Shown here piece after piece: positions 1 through 11,301 of a stretch of 64,000 nt of DNA. This stretch comes from Gammaproteobacteria bacterium (GTDB taxonomy: Bacteria; Pseudomonadota; Gammaproteobacteria; UBA4575). The notes under the pieces were generated by a model that had not been told where the DNA came from, made no database searches, and was given only the letters and a program-made list of their open reading frames with translations. The stretch spans positions 448,001 through 512,000 of the forward strand of contig CBDCTA010000029.1 in NCBI GenBank assembly GCA_965221955.1. Direction: 5' to 3'. Within the stretch, counting starts at the first letter, position 1; each line of letters begins with the position of its first letter. Position numbers and translations under genes: made by a program.

Positions 1-457
1 TAGAAGGGTCGCGTTTAATTACATAATGTATTAAATTTTTTCCTCTATCAAAAGTGATGAGCCCTTTCATATAATAGGCATAGTCAATACTTGGGTGCTG
101 AGGGTTTAATTGTATAAAACGATTGACCGTGTTTAATGCTTGTTCAATATTATTTTGTTTATAGTAAGCAAAGGTGAGTTCAAGTAAGCCTTGTTGCGCA
201 TAGCGTCCAAATGGGTAGCGGCTTTGCAATTGTTCGAATTGATCTACCGCAGTAGTGAAATCTGCAGAAACGAGTGATTGATGGGCTTTTTTATATAATT
301 TTGCGGCTGATTCATCGGCTGCAATTTCAGGATCTTTCTCTTCATCATCTTTCCCGAACGGCCATAAAGACGAGCAGCTACTGATTGATACAGCAAGCAC
401 TAATATTAATAAAATCTGCCAAATGGATCTTTTTGAGTGAAATGTATAGTCTTCCAT
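1..457 (-). CDS. bamD: Outer membrane protein assembly factor BamD (3' part runs off the window)
   Basis: Manual translation from ATG at 457: MEDYTF...LAVSISSC (lipobox)...LQSRYPFGRYAQQGLLELTFAYYK...FIQLNPQHPSIDYAYYMKGL; divergent from rluD as in the conserved bamD-rluD arrangement. Confidence 0.93.
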   Translation of the reverse strand, partial: MEDYTFHSKRSIWQILLILVLAVSISSCSSLWPFGKDDEEKDPEIAADESAAKLYKKAHQSLVSADFTTAVDQFEQLQSRYPFGRYAQQGLLELTFAYYKQNNIEQALNTVNRFIQLNPQHPSIDYAYYMKGLITFDRGKNLIHYVIKRDPS

Positions 458-522
458 ATGATTGAAAGTATAACCATTTTTGTTGTGAATCCGAACAAAA
501 AATACTCCTTAGCAAATTAAAT

Positions 523-1473
523 ATGGGTGAGAGAGAGAAAATAATTGGGGTGATACCTGATGAATACCAAGGGTTACGATTGGACTATGCTCTGGCGAAA
601 ATGTATCCAGATTACTCACGTGCACGTCTGCAAAAGTGGATTAAATCAGGTGAAATAACAGTAGATGGAAACATTTCCCGTTCTAAAGACGCTATCAAGG
701 GAGGAGAGAAAATACAGATAGCGGTCATTCTAGATGATGAAGTATTGCTCGAACCCGAAGCCATCGCACTAAATATTATTCACGAAGATAACAACATCAT
801 TGTTGTGAATAAGCCTGCGGGTTTGGTGGTTCACCCAGGTGCTGGAAATTCGAATGGCACCTTAGCCAATGCCTTATTACACCATTTCCCAGAAATTCGC
901 ACAGTGCCTAGAGTGGGCATTGTCCATCGACTTGATAAAGATACTACTGGTTTATTAGTGGTCGCTAAAAATATTAAAACGCACACTGCTTTAGTCGAAC
1001 AACTGCAGCAACGTACTGTTTCTCGAAATTATATTGCGCTTGTTCATGGTGAAATCATTTCAGGTGGAACGTTTGTTGATCCAATAGGCCGGCATTCAGT
1101 GGATCGAAAAAAGATGGCAGTGAAACCTACGATAGGAAGAGAAGCGATCACGCATTATCGAATCAGAAAAAAGTTTAAGGGCTTTACCTTATTAGATGTA
1201 AGTTTAGAAACGGGAAGAACGCATCAAATACGCGTACACATGTCTTACCATAAACATCCAATTGTAGGTGATAAAGTATATGGTCGAAAAATGAATCCTG
1301 GGAATAGAGCGATGCTCAATTTGCTTGCAAAATTTCCACGACAAGCCTTACATGCGGCTGAGTTATCTTTTATTCATCCTAAAACTAACGAACAAGTTTT
1401 ATTTAAAGCGTCAGTCCCTAATGATTTTCAAACATTGATTGATGCACTAGAGGGTGAAGATCGTGAAACTTGA
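523..1473 (+). CDS. rluD: 23S rRNA pseudouridine synthase RluD
   Basis: N-terminal S4 domain, VNKPAGLVVHP, HRLDKDTTG catalytic motif, TGRTHQIRVH. Confidence 0.96.
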   Translation: MGEREKIIGVIPDEYQGLRLDYALAKMYPDYSRARLQKWIKSGEITVDGNISRSKDAIKGGEKIQIAVILDDEVLLEPEAIALNIIHEDNNIIVVNKPAGLVVHPGAGNSNGTLANALLHHFPEIRTVPRVGIVHRLDKDTTGLLVVAKNIKTHTALVEQLQQRTVSRNYIALVHGEIISGGTFVDPIGRHSVDRKKMAVKPTIGREAITHYRIRKKFKGFTLLDVSLETGRTHQIRVHMSYHKHPIVGDKVYGRKMNPGNRAMLNLLAKFPRQALHAAELSFIHPKTNEQVLFKASVPNDFQTLIDALEGEDRET

Positions 1474-2200
1474 ATATATTGTTCCTGATTGGCCTGCCCC
1501 AAAAAATATAATGTGTGCAACCACTACGCGTGTAGGGGGTGGAAGTCAAAATGAATATTCATCTTTAAATTTAGGTGATCATGTAAAAGATGACCTCATT
1601 AAGGTTAAGCAAAATCGAAAATTGTTGTTGGAAGATCTCAAGCTTCCAAATAATCCTGTTTGGTTAGAGCAAATACATAGTTCAATTGTGCTGGAGCTGG
1701 ATAATATGTTGCTAAGCAGCAATATAGCGGACGCAGCTTATACTAAGCATAAAAGGGTTGTTTGTGCTGTATTGACAGCAGATTGTTTGCCTGTCGTATT
1801 GTGTGATCGAAAAGGTGAGCACATTGCTGTAGCTCACTGTGGTTGGCGTGGATTAATTGCTGGTGTGCTCGAAAATACTTTACAAGCATTGCCAGTTGAA
1901 AATGAAAGGCTCATGTGTTGGTTAGGTCCTGCAATTGGTCCAAATAAATTCGAAGTAGGAAAAGAAGTTGTTGAGCAGTTTTTGACTAAAGATAATGCGC
2001 ATAATAATGCGTTTAAAGCACAAGAAGATGGAAAATATTTAGCTAATATTTATCAATTAGCTAAAAACATCCTTATTAAAAATAATGTCTCAAAAATCTA
2101 TGGTGGTGAACACTGTACATTTAGTGAAAGCGAAAAGTTTTATTCCTATCGAAGAGATGGGCAGACAGGGAGAATGGCAACAGTCATCTGGAAAACTTAA
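1454..2200 (+). CDS. pgeF: Peptidoglycan editing factor PgeF (YfiH)
   Basis: SLNLGDHV, TADCLPV, AHCGWRG, FYSYRRDG motifs; between rluD and clpB. Confidence 0.95.
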   Translation: MKIVKLEYIVPDWPAPKNIMCATTTRVGGGSQNEYSSLNLGDHVKDDLIKVKQNRKLLLEDLKLPNNPVWLEQIHSSIVLELDNMLLSSNIADAAYTKHKRVVCAVLTADCLPVVLCDRKGEHIAVAHCGWRGLIAGVLENTLQALPVENERLMCWLGPAIGPNKFEVGKEVVEQFLTKDNAHNNAFKAQEDGKYLANIYQLAKNILIKNNVSKIYGGEHCTFSESEKFYSYRRDGQTGRMATVIWKT

Positions 2201-2351
2201 AGAGCGCATAGACACATATAATAAGACTTTCAGAGAGGGCAGTGCATTTCTGATTCGTAATTTTCTAGCTACAAAATGATCTATGAGCCTATGCCATTGT
2301 AGAATTTTATCATCTGCCGATGAATAATATCTAAGATTTGACCCCTCAGGC

Positions 2352-2377
2352 CTTGAAATAGCAAGTGCTGCCCCCAC
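2352..2377 (+). promoter_or_regulatory. Putative sigma32 heat-shock promoter of clpB
   Basis: CTTGAA (2352-2357) N14 CCCCAC (2372-2377), close to the RpoH consensus CTTGAA-N13-14-CCCCAT, upstream of a heat-shock gene. Confidence 0.7.
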
Positions 2378-2413
2378 CTCAAGGGCATAACTTATTAATA
2401 CGGAGTTGCCATT

Positions 2414-4996
2414 ATGCGCATGGATAAATTAACCACCAATTTCCAGCTTGCATTGCAAGAAGCGCAATCTATGGCGGTAGGGCAGGATCATCAATTCATC
2501 GAGCCTGTTCATTTGATGTTGGCCATGTTGAATCAAGAAAATAGTGCTGTGGCTTCTCTTTATTTGAGTGCAGGTGCGGATGTAAACGCGATTAAACAAA
2601 AATCACAGGAAATGATCGAACGCTTACCACGAGTTTCAGGTACAGCAGGTGAGGTACATGTCTCCAATAGTCTTGGTAACTTATTAAATATAACAGACAA
2701 ACTAGCACAGCAAAGTGGTGATGATTATATCGCTTCTGAAATGTTTGCAGTTGCTGCCATTGAAGATAAAGGTGAACTTGGTAGTTTGCTGAATCAGTCT
2801 GGTTTAAATAAACCGCAGTTAATGTCGGCACTGGAAAAAATGAGAGCAGGTGAAAATGTGAGTGATCCAAACGCAGAAGAAACGCGGCAAGCGTTAGATA
2901 AATATACGATAGATTTAACGGAACGTGCGGAACAAGGCAAACTTGATCCAGTCATTGGTCGTGATGATGAGATTCGCCGTGCAATTCAAGTATTGCAGCG
3001 TCGCACAAAAAATAATCCAGTGCTGATAGGTGAACCAGGGGTAGGTAAAACAGCGATTGTAGAAGGTTTAGCGTTGCGCATTGTAAATGGTGAAGTGCCT
3101 GAAGGAATAAAAAACAAAAAATTATTATCGCTAGATTTAAGTGCACTTATTGCTGGAGCAAAATTTCGCGGTGAATTTGAAGAACGACTTAAAGCAGTTT
3201 TAAAAGAACTTTCTAAGCAGGAAGGTCAAATCATTTTATTTATTGATGAGCTACATACCATGGTAGGTGCAGGTAAAGCTGAAGGCGCAATGGATGCAGG
3301 TAACATGTTGAAACCTGCGCTAGCACGTGGTGAGTTACATTGTTTGGGAGCAACGACTCTAGATGAGTATCGACAATATATTGAAAAAGATGCGGCACTT
3401 GAGCGCCGTTTTCAGAAGATTATAGTGGATGAACCCAGTGTAGAAGACACCATTGCGATATTACGTGGACTAAAAGAACGTTACGAGGTGCATCATGGTG
3501 TAGATATAACGGACCCGGCTATTGTAAGTGCAGCAACACTTTCCCACCGCTATATTTCAGATCGACAATTACCAGATAAAGCCATAGACCTGATTGATGA
3601 GGCAGCTTCTCGTATTCGTATGGAAATTGATTCGAAGCCGGAAGCTATGGATAAACTTGACCGTAAGCTTATTCAACTAAAAATTGAACGAGAAGCATTA
3701 AAGAAAGAATCAGATGATGCGTCTAAAAAACATTTAGATGAACTAGAAACTGAGATTCAAAACCTTGAAAGGGAATATGCCGATTTAGAAGAAATTTGGC
3801 GCGCGGAAAAAAATACTTTGCAAGGTTCGCAGGAAGTAAAAGAGGCGCTCGAGCAAGCACGAATTGATTTAGATGCAGCACACCGTGCGGGGGATTTAGC
3901 TAAAATGTCTGAATTGCAATATGGAAAGATTCCGGAATTAGAAAAGCAATTACAGTCTACTAGTGAAGTCAAAAGCTCTGAAAACAAGCTGCTTAGAAAT
4001 AAAGTAACTGATTCCGAAGTAGCTGAAATTGTTTCGCATTGGACGGGTATTCCCGTATCTAAAATGCTTGCTGGTGAACGCGAAAAATTATTGGAAATGG
4101 AATCTGTACTACGTAAGCGAGTAGTAGGGCAAGATGAAGCGGTACAAGTTGTATCAGATGCGGTACGCCGGTCACGTGCTGGAATATCTGATCCAAGACG
4201 ACCGAATGGTTCTTTCTTATTTCTTGGGCCTACAGGTGTGGGTAAAACCGAACTTACTAAAGCATTAACTGAATTTTTATTTGATAGTGAAGATGCACTC
4301 ATACGTGTGGATATGTCTGAGTTTATGGAAAAGCATTCTGTTGCACGGTTAATCGGTGCACCTCCAGGTTATGTGGGTTATGAAGAGGGCGGGTACTTAA
4401 CTGAGGCCGTAAGACGTAAACCATATAGTGTTGTGTTGCTAGACGAAATTGAAAAAGCACATCCAGACGTTTTTAATATTTTGTTGCAAGTATTAGACGA
4501 TGGACGACTCACGGATGGGCATGGTCGTACGGTAGACTTTAAAAATACTGTCGTCATTATGACTTCAAATTTAGGAAGCGATGTCATCCAGGAATTATCT
4601 TCTGAAGCAGAATATGAAAAAATGAAATCTGCAGTGATGGAAGTTGTAGCAGCTAGATTTAGACCAGAATTTATCAATCGGATTGATGATGCAATTGTAT
4701 TCCACCCGCTTGCACAAGAGCATATTCGAGCTATAACCGAAATTCAGTTGCATCAATTACAAAAGAGATTAAGTGATCGTGATATCACATTATCATTCTC
4801 AGATGCAGCTTTAGATAAGTTATCTGAGGCAGGGTTTGATCCGGTCTATGGTGCACGACCACTTAAACGAGCGATTCAAGAGCTTGTTGAAAATCCCTTG
4901 GCCCAAGCATTGTTATCGGGTGATATTAAAACAGGTGAAGAAATTAGTGTGGACATTAGTAGAGATAACTTCACTTTCACATCGAAAACTTCTTAA
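2414..4996 (+). CDS. clpB: ATP-dependent disaggregase ClpB
   Basis: Two AAA+ modules ([16 protein letters not shown]), coiled-coil middle domain, 860 aa. Confidence 0.98.
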   Translation: MRMDKLTTNFQLALQEAQSMAVGQDHQFIEPVHLMLAMLNQENSAVASLYLSAGADVNAIKQKSQEMIERLPRVSGTAGEVHVSNSLGNLLNITDKLAQQSGDDYIASEMFAVAAIEDKGELGSLLNQSGLNKPQLMSALEKMRAGENVSDPNAEETRQALDKYTIDLTERAEQGKLDPVIGRDDEIRRAIQVLQRRTKNNPVLIGEPGVGKTAIVEGLALRIVNGEVPEGIKNKKLLSLDLSALIAGAKFRGEFEERLKAVLKELSKQEGQIILFIDELHTMVGAGKAEGAMDAGNMLKPALARGELHCLGATTLDEYRQYIEKDAALERRFQKIIVDEPSVEDTIAILRGLKERYEVHHGVDITDPAIVSAATLSHRYISDRQLPDKAIDLIDEAASRIRMEIDSKPEAMDKLDRKLIQLKIEREALKKESDDASKKHLDELETEIQNLEREYADLEEIWRAEKNTLQGSQEVKEALEQARIDLDAAHRAGDLAKMSELQYGKIPELEKQLQSTSEVKSSENKLLRNKVTDSEVAEIVSHWTGIPVSKMLAGEREKLLEMESVLRKRVVGQDEAVQVVSDAVRRSRAGISDPRRPNGSFLFLGPTGVGKTELTKALTEFLFDSEDALIRVDMSEFMEKHSVARLIGAPPGYVGYEEGGYLTEAVRRKPYSVVLLDEIEKAHPDVFNILLQVLDDGRLTDGHGRTVDFKNTVVIMTSNLGSDVIQELSSEAEYEKMKSAVMEVVAARFRPEFINRIDDAIVFHPLAQEHIRAITEIQLHQLQKRLSDRDITLSFSDAALDKLSEAGFDPVYGARPLKRAIQELVENPLAQALLSGDIKTGEEISVDISRDNFTFTSKTS

Positions 4997-5004
4997 AACT
5001 TAAC

Positions 5005-5031
5005 ATAGGAGCAACCTTATGTTGCTCCTAT
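5005..5031. terminator. Hairpin between convergent clpB and the repeat-protein gene
   Basis: ATAGGAGCAAC-cttat-GTTGCTCCTAT perfect 11-bp stem. Confidence 0.65.
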
Positions 5032-5048
5032 ACACCACATTGCCAGTA

Positions 5049-5507
5049 TTAATGATGTCGATTAAAACGTTGACCTTTACGATCTAGACGACGATCAATA
5101 CGGTCACCTTTACGATCTAATCTACGATCGACTCGATCACCTTTGCGATCAAGACGGCGATCTGCTATATCTCCTTTTCGATCGAGTCGACGATCAATAC
5201 GATCTCCTTTGCGATCTAAATGATCAGCAAGTCCGTCTTTACCCGCAGCGCGAGCGCGATCCGCTTTTCGATCAAGTCGATGGTCAATACGGTCACCCTT
5301 GCGATCTAATCTGTGATCAATACGATCACCCTTGCGATCTAGTCTATAATCTACTCTGTCTCCTTTACGATCCAAGCGGTGCTCAATGCGATCACCTTTA
5401 CGATCAAGATAATGTTCAACTTTATCTCCTTTGTCTGCACTCGCGATAGAGGCTCCACTAAGCGATAAAATTGCCATGATAAAAATTGTTAATTTTTTTG
5501 TTTTCAT
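5049..5507 (-). CDS. Secreted hypothetical protein built of 11-residue DRKGDRIDRRL repeats
   Basis: Likely start MKTKK (5507), signal peptide ending ASA, about 10 hendecad repeats with synonymous variation at DNA level. Confidence 0.85.
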   Translation of the reverse strand: MKTKKLTIFIMAILSLSGASIASADKGDKVEHYLDRKGDRIEHRLDRKGDRVDYRLDRKGDRIDHRLDRKGDRIDHRLDRKADRARAAGKDGLADHLDRKGDRIDRRLDRKGDIADRRLDRKGDRVDRRLDRKGDRIDRRLDRKGQRFNRHH

Positions 5508-5630
5508 GATCTTTTCTCCAGTTGCATGATTCACAATCAATACAACGTATAACCAAAGATTTGGTTTACAATTGTTAAGCCGTTTTAAGATGGTTTTAGA
5601 GAAAAAATACTATTTTCACAGAAAATTTAG

Positions 5631-6476
5631 TCACTTACTTTCGATTTTCGATGACTTTCCAAGTAACTTATCAAGCATATTGATGGGAAGAAATCTCTTT
5701 AAGTATGCAAATAAATAAGTAGGAATTGTTACAAAATATCTAGGTTTCGGATTTTTGCTTTGTAGTGCGTGTAAAACTTTTTTTGTTACGGCTTCTGGTT
5801 CTAAGGTAAAGGGGACTGCAGGGCCTTCGGTTTTGAGACGAGAAATGGTAGCCTGGTATTGGTCATGAAAACGGCTTTTTTTACTATCAATATGTTTATT
5901 AAAAAGCACTAAACTATTTTGTCGGAAACGACTGGTAATAGGACCAGGTTCAATTATTGATACATGAATATTGGTGTTTTTTAGTTCCAATCGTAATGTA
6001 TCGCTGATACCTTCTAAGGCAAATTTTGAAGCGATGTATGCGCCACGAAATGGCATGGCTACAAGCCCTAATACTGAGCTAATTTGAATAATTCTCCCAT
6101 GTCCATGTTGATGCATGCTGGGAAGAATGGCGTTGGTGAGTTCAACTAATCCAAATAAATTAGTTTCAAACTGGTCTCGTAATACACCTCGTTTTAAGTC
6201 TTCAACTGCCCCAGGTTGTCCAAAGCCTGCATTATTGATGATTGCATAAAGTTTTCCATCTGTTTCTTCTAATAATGTATTAACTGCAGATTGAATTGAG
6301 TCGGAACAAGCGACGTCCAAATGTAAACATCGCAAGCCTATCTGAGTTAGTTTTTCAACATCCTCAGTTTTTCTTGCGGATGCATAAACTTGGTAACCAC
6401 ATTCTTTTAACGATTGTGCGAGATGTAACCCAATACCAGAAGAGCAACCAGTGATTAAAATGTTTTTATCTGCCAT
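5631..6476 (-). CDS. Short-chain dehydrogenase/reductase (YbbO-like)
   Basis: TGCSSGIG, NNAG, YxxxK (YIASK). Confidence 0.92.
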   Translation of the reverse strand: MADKNILITGCSSGIGLHLAQSLKECGYQVYASARKTEDVEKLTQIGLRCLHLDVACSDSIQSAVNTLLEETDGKLYAIINNAGFGQPGAVEDLKRGVLRDQFETNLFGLVELTNAILPSMHQHGHGRIIQISSVLGLVAMPFRGAYIASKFALEGISDTLRLELKNTNIHVSIIEPGPITSRFRQNSLVLFNKHIDSKKSRFHDQYQATISRLKTEGPAVPFTLEPEAVTKKVLHALQSKNPKPRYFVTIPTYLFAYLKRFLPINMLDKLLGKSSKIESK

Positions 6477-6526
6477 CTTAAAATGTAAACATAAAAGTTA
6501 TAGGCCTATTATTAATGGTTAGGCAT

Positions 6527-6559
6527 AAAAAAACCGGGCTTCTTTCGAAGCCCGGTTTT
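6527..6559 (-). terminator. Rho-independent terminator of the SBP gene
   Basis: CCGGGCTTC-tttc-GAAGCCCGG stem with a T-run on the minus strand. Confidence 0.85.
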
Positions 6560-6587
6560 AATAACGTTAATGCGTAATGACTAAATC

Positions 6588-7937
6588 TTACAAGTCAAAG
6601 TCATCATCATTATTGTCAGCGGTGCAAGGACGTGCTGCGATTTTGTTATCCGTTGCATACTGCTCTGCACCTGCATCGATGATCGCTTGTGATAGAGGTA
6701 CATCGCCCTCAATCCAATCCGATACGATGTTCCACTGACGCTTGCCTGCATCCCATTGTTGGAATTTCGCAAGGTGACCGCCTACGTGGTCAAGGCAAGT
6801 AAGGTTCAACTCAGGTACAAGCCCAGTTGCTCCTAGCTCTTCAATGCGCGCTGCATCAAGACGTAGGTTCTCAAAGCCCCAACGTGCTTCAGCAGAGGTC
6901 AATGGACGGTTGCCAAAACGAGCTTGAGCAATACGGAGTGCTTCTGTATGCACCACACCCGCTAATACACCTAGGTTCCAGTACACAGAGCCTAAACGTG
7001 ACTTGTCTTGTAAGTCGCCGTTGCCTGCACCGTATACGGTCTTGATGATTTCTTGTACCACTGCGAAGTCGGTACCTGCAGGGTGGGTGGTAATGGCTTG
7101 GTAGCCATCTGCCGCTTTACCCGCTGGGATGACGTCTTCGTCTGAGTTGGACCAGATGTTGCCGATGAGACGGCTTACTGGGTATCCGGTACGTACTGCG
7201 GTCTGCATCGCTACGGGGTTCATTACGCCCCAGCCTCTTAGTAGTACATAGTCAGGCTTTAATTTACGAATGTTCAACCATTGTGATTGTTGTTCGTTAC
7301 CTGGATGAGGGACTTCTAGAGGGTGGTGGGTGCAACCGTGCTTTTCACACATGCTGTCCATGAAGTCGATCGCTTCACGACCGTATGGAGAGCCGTGGTA
7401 TAACATGGCAATTTTCTTGCCTTTTAGGTTGTCACGTCCGCCTTCGAGTACGTCACCAATGAAGTGCACCATAATGGAGTGTTCGTCATAGGTGTTGATA
7501 CCTGGCATAAAGTAGTAAGGGAAGATGTCGCCGCGTTGGCCCGCTGTCTTACCGTGGTTGACCGCAATGATGGGCATCTTGTCTTTACGACCAGTCTCAA
7601 TCAATGCTGTGGAGATCCCTACTGATAATGGGTCAAAAAATACTGCACCACCTTCACGATCTTTTAGTCGCTTGTAGCACTCTACTCCGCGCTCTACTGA
7701 GTACTCAGTTTCGCACTCTGACCAGATGAGCTTCACGCCATTGACGCCGCCATCTCTTTCGTTCAATAGGTTGTAGTAGTCTAGGATGCCACCAAAGTAG
7801 CCCGTTCCACCCGCCGCATATGGTCCTACACGGTAGCTCGGAATCGGTACGTACATGGTGTCTTCTGCTTGTACCGCGGTACTCACAGCTAGCATCGATC
7901 CTAATGCTACCACTAACGTTAGTAGTTTTTTCTTCAT
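6588..7937 (-). CDS. ABC transporter substrate-binding protein (branched-chain amino acid / PBP1 type)
   Basis: Signal peptide, YRVGPYAAGG, ECETEYSVERGVECYKRLK, PHPGNEQQSQW motifs; start MKKK with AGGAGG RBS. Confidence 0.88.
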   Translation of the reverse strand: MKKKLLTLVVALGSMLAVSTAVQAEDTMYVPIPSYRVGPYAAGGTGYFGGILDYYNLLNERDGGVNGVKLIWSECETEYSVERGVECYKRLKDREGGAVFFDPLSVGISTALIETGRKDKMPIIAVNHGKTAGQRGDIFPYYFMPGINTYDEHSIMVHFIGDVLEGGRDNLKGKKIAMLYHGSPYGREAIDFMDSMCEKHGCTHHPLEVPHPGNEQQSQWLNIRKLKPDYVLLRGWGVMNPVAMQTAVRTGYPVSRLIGNIWSNSDEDVIPAGKAADGYQAITTHPAGTDFAVVQEIIKTVYGAGNGDLQDKSRLGSVYWNLGVLAGVVHTEALRIAQARFGNRPLTSAEARWGFENLRLDAARIEELGATGLVPELNLTCLDHVGGHLAKFQQWDAGKRQWNIVSDWIEGDVPLSQAIIDAGAEQYATDNKIAARPCTADNNDDDFDL

Positions 7938-8304
7938 GTGTACTCCTCCTATCCTTAAGTACATGGGTCAAATAAATAACCACAAGTCTTAAAACAAGGG
8001 TTGATTTTGAATCGTGAAATGTCTTTTCACGTCTTGTAAAAAATAACTTGTAGCAGTTATTTTCTTTAGACCACATAAGCTAATAGAAGTTTTAGCCATA
8101 TATGCCTTGGATCAGTGTAGCCATTGCGTGATGGAATGCAAGGCTAATGTGTTTAATTAAGAAGCTCTTAAAACAGAAGATAAGTATATTTTAAAATACT
8201 AAAACAAGAGTATTACCCATATAAAAATACGGTTAGCTATGTTTACTTATAAATTACTTTAGTTATTTCCAGTAGAGAAAGTTGCGCGTTATGAATTTGA
8301 CGTT

Positions 8305-8625
8305 TCAAGGAATACAACGATAAACCGCAAAGGTTTGTTGACCGTTATCAATTTTAGAGATTGCAGTAACGGTATCACCACCCATATTTACCGAGCTATT
8401 GCGGGCTAAAATTTGTAGTTCTTTGGCAATTACTGTTGGCTGTCGAGGCACGGTTAAAAGTGTGGGTTTAACTTTAACAGTAGTTGCACCACGCTTTTGG
8501 CAGTTAGCGACTTCACCCGCACTTAACACACGTGCTTTTTCGCCACCATGCGTGAGTTTTACACTAGCGCATGCACTAAGGGTGAAAATAATAATAAAAG
8601 ATAAAACAAAAAGTTTATTAAACAT
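8305..8625 (-). CDS. Small lipoprotein, DUF4156-like
   Basis: Lipobox LSAC, ARNSSVNMGGDTV, C-terminal YRC. Confidence 0.8.
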   Translation of the reverse strand: MFNKLFVLSFIIIFTLSACASVKLTHGGEKARVLSAGEVANCQKRGATTVKVKPTLLTVPRQPTVIAKELQILARNSSVNMGGDTVTAISKIDNGQQTFAVYRCIP

Positions 8626-8706
8626 ACGGAAACCTAAAATGTGAATGTTTTAAATTATACCTGCTATTCGAAAATTCGCAGCATGACTTTAGGATAGTAA
8701 AAACGA

Positions 8707-10440
8707 TTAAATAGTTTCAAAATAACTAATTTTATCAGCAAGAAATGCAATTGCATCATCAATGGATACTTTTTGAGGATTTGTATCCGTGCGACCTTTG
8801 TATTCGATCATTCCTTCATCTAATCCCCGATCGCTGATAACGATACGGTGTGGAATGCCAATCAGCTCGTGATCTTTAAACATTAAGCCAACTCTGAGAT
8901 CGCGATCATCGAAGAATATCTCAATACCTGCATTAGTTATCTCAGAATATAAACGTTCACAAGCAGTTTGTACTTGTGTCGATTTTTTCATGTTGATAGG
9001 AATTAATGAAAGTTCAAAAGGTGCGATGGATTGTGGCCAGATAATGCCATGGTCATCAAAATTTTGTTCGATTGCAGCCGCTACAACACGGGTGACACCA
9101 ATGCCATAGCAGCCCATGGTAAGAATTTGTTCTTTACTATCATTGCCTAACACACTTGCTTTAAGGGCTTGGCTATATTTATCACCCAATTGGAAAATGT
9201 GCCCGACTTCGATACCGCGTTTAATCGATACAGTGCCTTTGCCATCAGGGCTCGGGTCACCTTCTAAAATTTTACGAATATCAACGCTTTCGGTGTAGTT
9301 AAAATTTTCTACGTCTCGTATCCAGTTCACGCCTTGCATATGAAAGCCGTCTTTATTGGCTCCGCAGACAAAATTTACTAGGTCAGCCGCGGCATGATCA
9401 ATCAATACGGGGCAATTCAAATTTAAAGGGCCGATTGAACCAGGTTTGCAACCCAGTTGAGTTTGAATTTCTTTTTCGCTAGCAAACTCAAGAGGGTCTG
9501 CAATAGCTTCTAATTTTTGTGCTTTGATCGCATTAAGCTCGTGGTCGCCACGTAACACGAGTGCTATTAATGAGTCGCTTGTTCCTTTAACAATAAGCGT
9601 TTTAACAACTTGATCAGCTTCAATATTTAAAAACGTACACACCTCTTCGATGCTGTGTTGATTGGGTGTGGCAACTTCTTCTAACTCGCTTTTTGTTTGG
9701 GTTTCAGGAATAGAACTAGATTTATGAACCGGAGCGAGTTCAACATTTGCTGCATAATCACTATGATCTGAGAATGCAATCGCATCTTCACCAGACTCGG
9801 CAAGTACATGAAATTCATGCGAAGCATTGCCGCCAATACTGCCGGTATCAGCTTCTACTGCACGAAACTCAAGACCTAAACGAGTAAAAATATTCTGATA
9901 GGTATCAAACATGACTTGATAAGTGCGCTGTAAACATTCTTTATTCATATGAAAAGAGTAGGCGTCTTTCATACTGAATTCACGTGCGCGCATGACACCG
10001 AAGCGTGGTCGAATTTCATCACGGAATTTAGTTTGTATTTGGTAAAAATTAACAGGCAGCTGTTTATAGCTACGTACTTCTTTGCGCACAAAATCGGTAA
10101 TCACTTCTTCATGTGTTGGGCCATAACAAAATTCACGGTTATGTCGATCATGTAAGCGCAATAATTCAGGTCCATACTGATCCCAACGTTCAGATTCTTG
10201 CCACAGTTCTGCCGGCTGTATAGATGGCATAAGTACTTCAATCGCGCCCGACTTATTCATTTCTTCACGAATAATATTTTCAACTTTACGCAAAGTACGT
10301 AGCCCCATCGGCATCCAGGTATACAACCCTGCAGCTAAGCGACGGATCATGCCGGCACGCAACATTAATTGGTGGCTGATGACTTCGGCGTCGGCAGGGG
10401 ATTCTTTAAGGGTGGATAAAAAGAACTGACTTACACGCAT
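8707..10440 (-). CDS. proS: Proline--tRNA ligase
   Basis: [23 protein letters not shown], editing domain, MGCYGIG. Confidence 0.98.
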   Translation of the reverse strand: MRVSQFFLSTLKESPADAEVISHQLMLRAGMIRRLAAGLYTWMPMGLRTLRKVENIIREEMNKSGAIEVLMPSIQPAELWQESERWDQYGPELLRLHDRHNREFCYGPTHEEVITDFVRKEVRSYKQLPVNFYQIQTKFRDEIRPRFGVMRAREFSMKDAYSFHMNKECLQRTYQVMFDTYQNIFTRLGLEFRAVEADTGSIGGNASHEFHVLAESGEDAIAFSDHSDYAANVELAPVHKSSSIPETQTKSELEEVATPNQHSIEEVCTFLNIEADQVVKTLIVKGTSDSLIALVLRGDHELNAIKAQKLEAIADPLEFASEKEIQTQLGCKPGSIGPLNLNCPVLIDHAAADLVNFVCGANKDGFHMQGVNWIRDVENFNYTESVDIRKILEGDPSPDGKGTVSIKRGIEVGHIFQLGDKYSQALKASVLGNDSKEQILTMGCYGIGVTRVVAAAIEQNFDDHGIIWPQSIAPFELSLIPINMKKSTQVQTACERLYSEITNAGIEIFFDDRDLRVGLMFKDHELIGIPHRIVISDRGLDEGMIEYKGRTDTNPQKVSIDDAIAFLADKISYFETI

Positions 10441-10577
10441 AAAGATAAAAAGGGCTCAAATATAGTACTAGCTTAAAATTTTAGGCCACATAGTAACAAG
10501 AAGTTACTATGATCTATACAACGAGATCTATATCGTGGATATAGAAATTATTATTTAGATTTAGGAATGAAAGAGTG

Positions 10578-11030
10578 TTAGCTACAAAATTCAGAAACTT
10601 GTTCTTTTGTTTCTTGAATTTTAGCTTGGCGTTCTTCTTCAGTCAGCTTGCGATAGATGTCGCCATCTTTTACGGTCACTTGACCACGACTGGTTAGAGA
10701 CTCCATGTTCTTGGTTGCAATTGCGCAATTCTCTGCTTTAATTCTATTGCTTTCTTCCTGAACTTTCTTATCCGCTTCAGTTTGTTTGCGTTGCTCGCGA
10801 CGTTCTTCGAATGTACTGTCAGAATCACTAGGGTCCGCTTTTGCTACAGAAGTTGATTTACCAATATTCTCCTCAAACACAATTTCAAACTTCACGCCTG
10901 ACGCAGGAGGGGTTTGACTATAAATAACTCGACCATCTTCATTCCACTTATATACTGGCCCAGCATAGGCTGCAGTAACGAGTAAGAGCGAAAAACTGAT
11001 GGTAAATAGCGTTTTAGCAATCATTGGCAA
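10578..11030 (-). CDS. DUF4124-like secreted protein
   Basis: Signal peptide followed by VYKWNEDGRVIYSQTPP; terminal Cys pair. Confidence 0.8.
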   Translation of the reverse strand: MPMIAKTLFTISFSLLLVTAAYAGPVYKWNEDGRVIYSQTPPASGVKFEIVFEENIGKSTSVAKADPSDSDSTFEERREQRKQTEADKKVQEESNRIKAENCAIATKNMESLTSRGQVTVKDGDIYRKLTEEERQAKIQETKEQVSEFCS

Positions 11031-11301
11031 TCTATATAGAGTTAATTCGAACCCTTCCAGTCTAACAAAAATAAGCTCAATTATGTGGCATAGCGAATTT
11101 TATAAAGGCTGGGCGGGGTCATTCTAACGATGAAACAAAGTACTATATCTATCCAATTCCAGAAGTGTGAACTGCGTAGGTGCTTGTTTTATAACCATTG
11201 TGGGCCTAAATAATGAATTAAATTTCATGAGGCTTCACACGGGCTTCTGGTGCTATACTGTTGCTCATAAAAAAAATCAATTGGACTTCAAAGAGGTCTC
11301 C

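Noticed and set aside
3757-4677. Long antisense ORFs inside clpB (and similar ones inside ffh, nnr, mutL, sohB)
   Set aside because: Shadow frames of well-supported genes with no independent coding signal.
11167-11301. 45-aa N-terminal extension of the LysR regulator
   Set aside because: The family-typical start MADRR has its own RBS; the extension is ORF-caller overreach.
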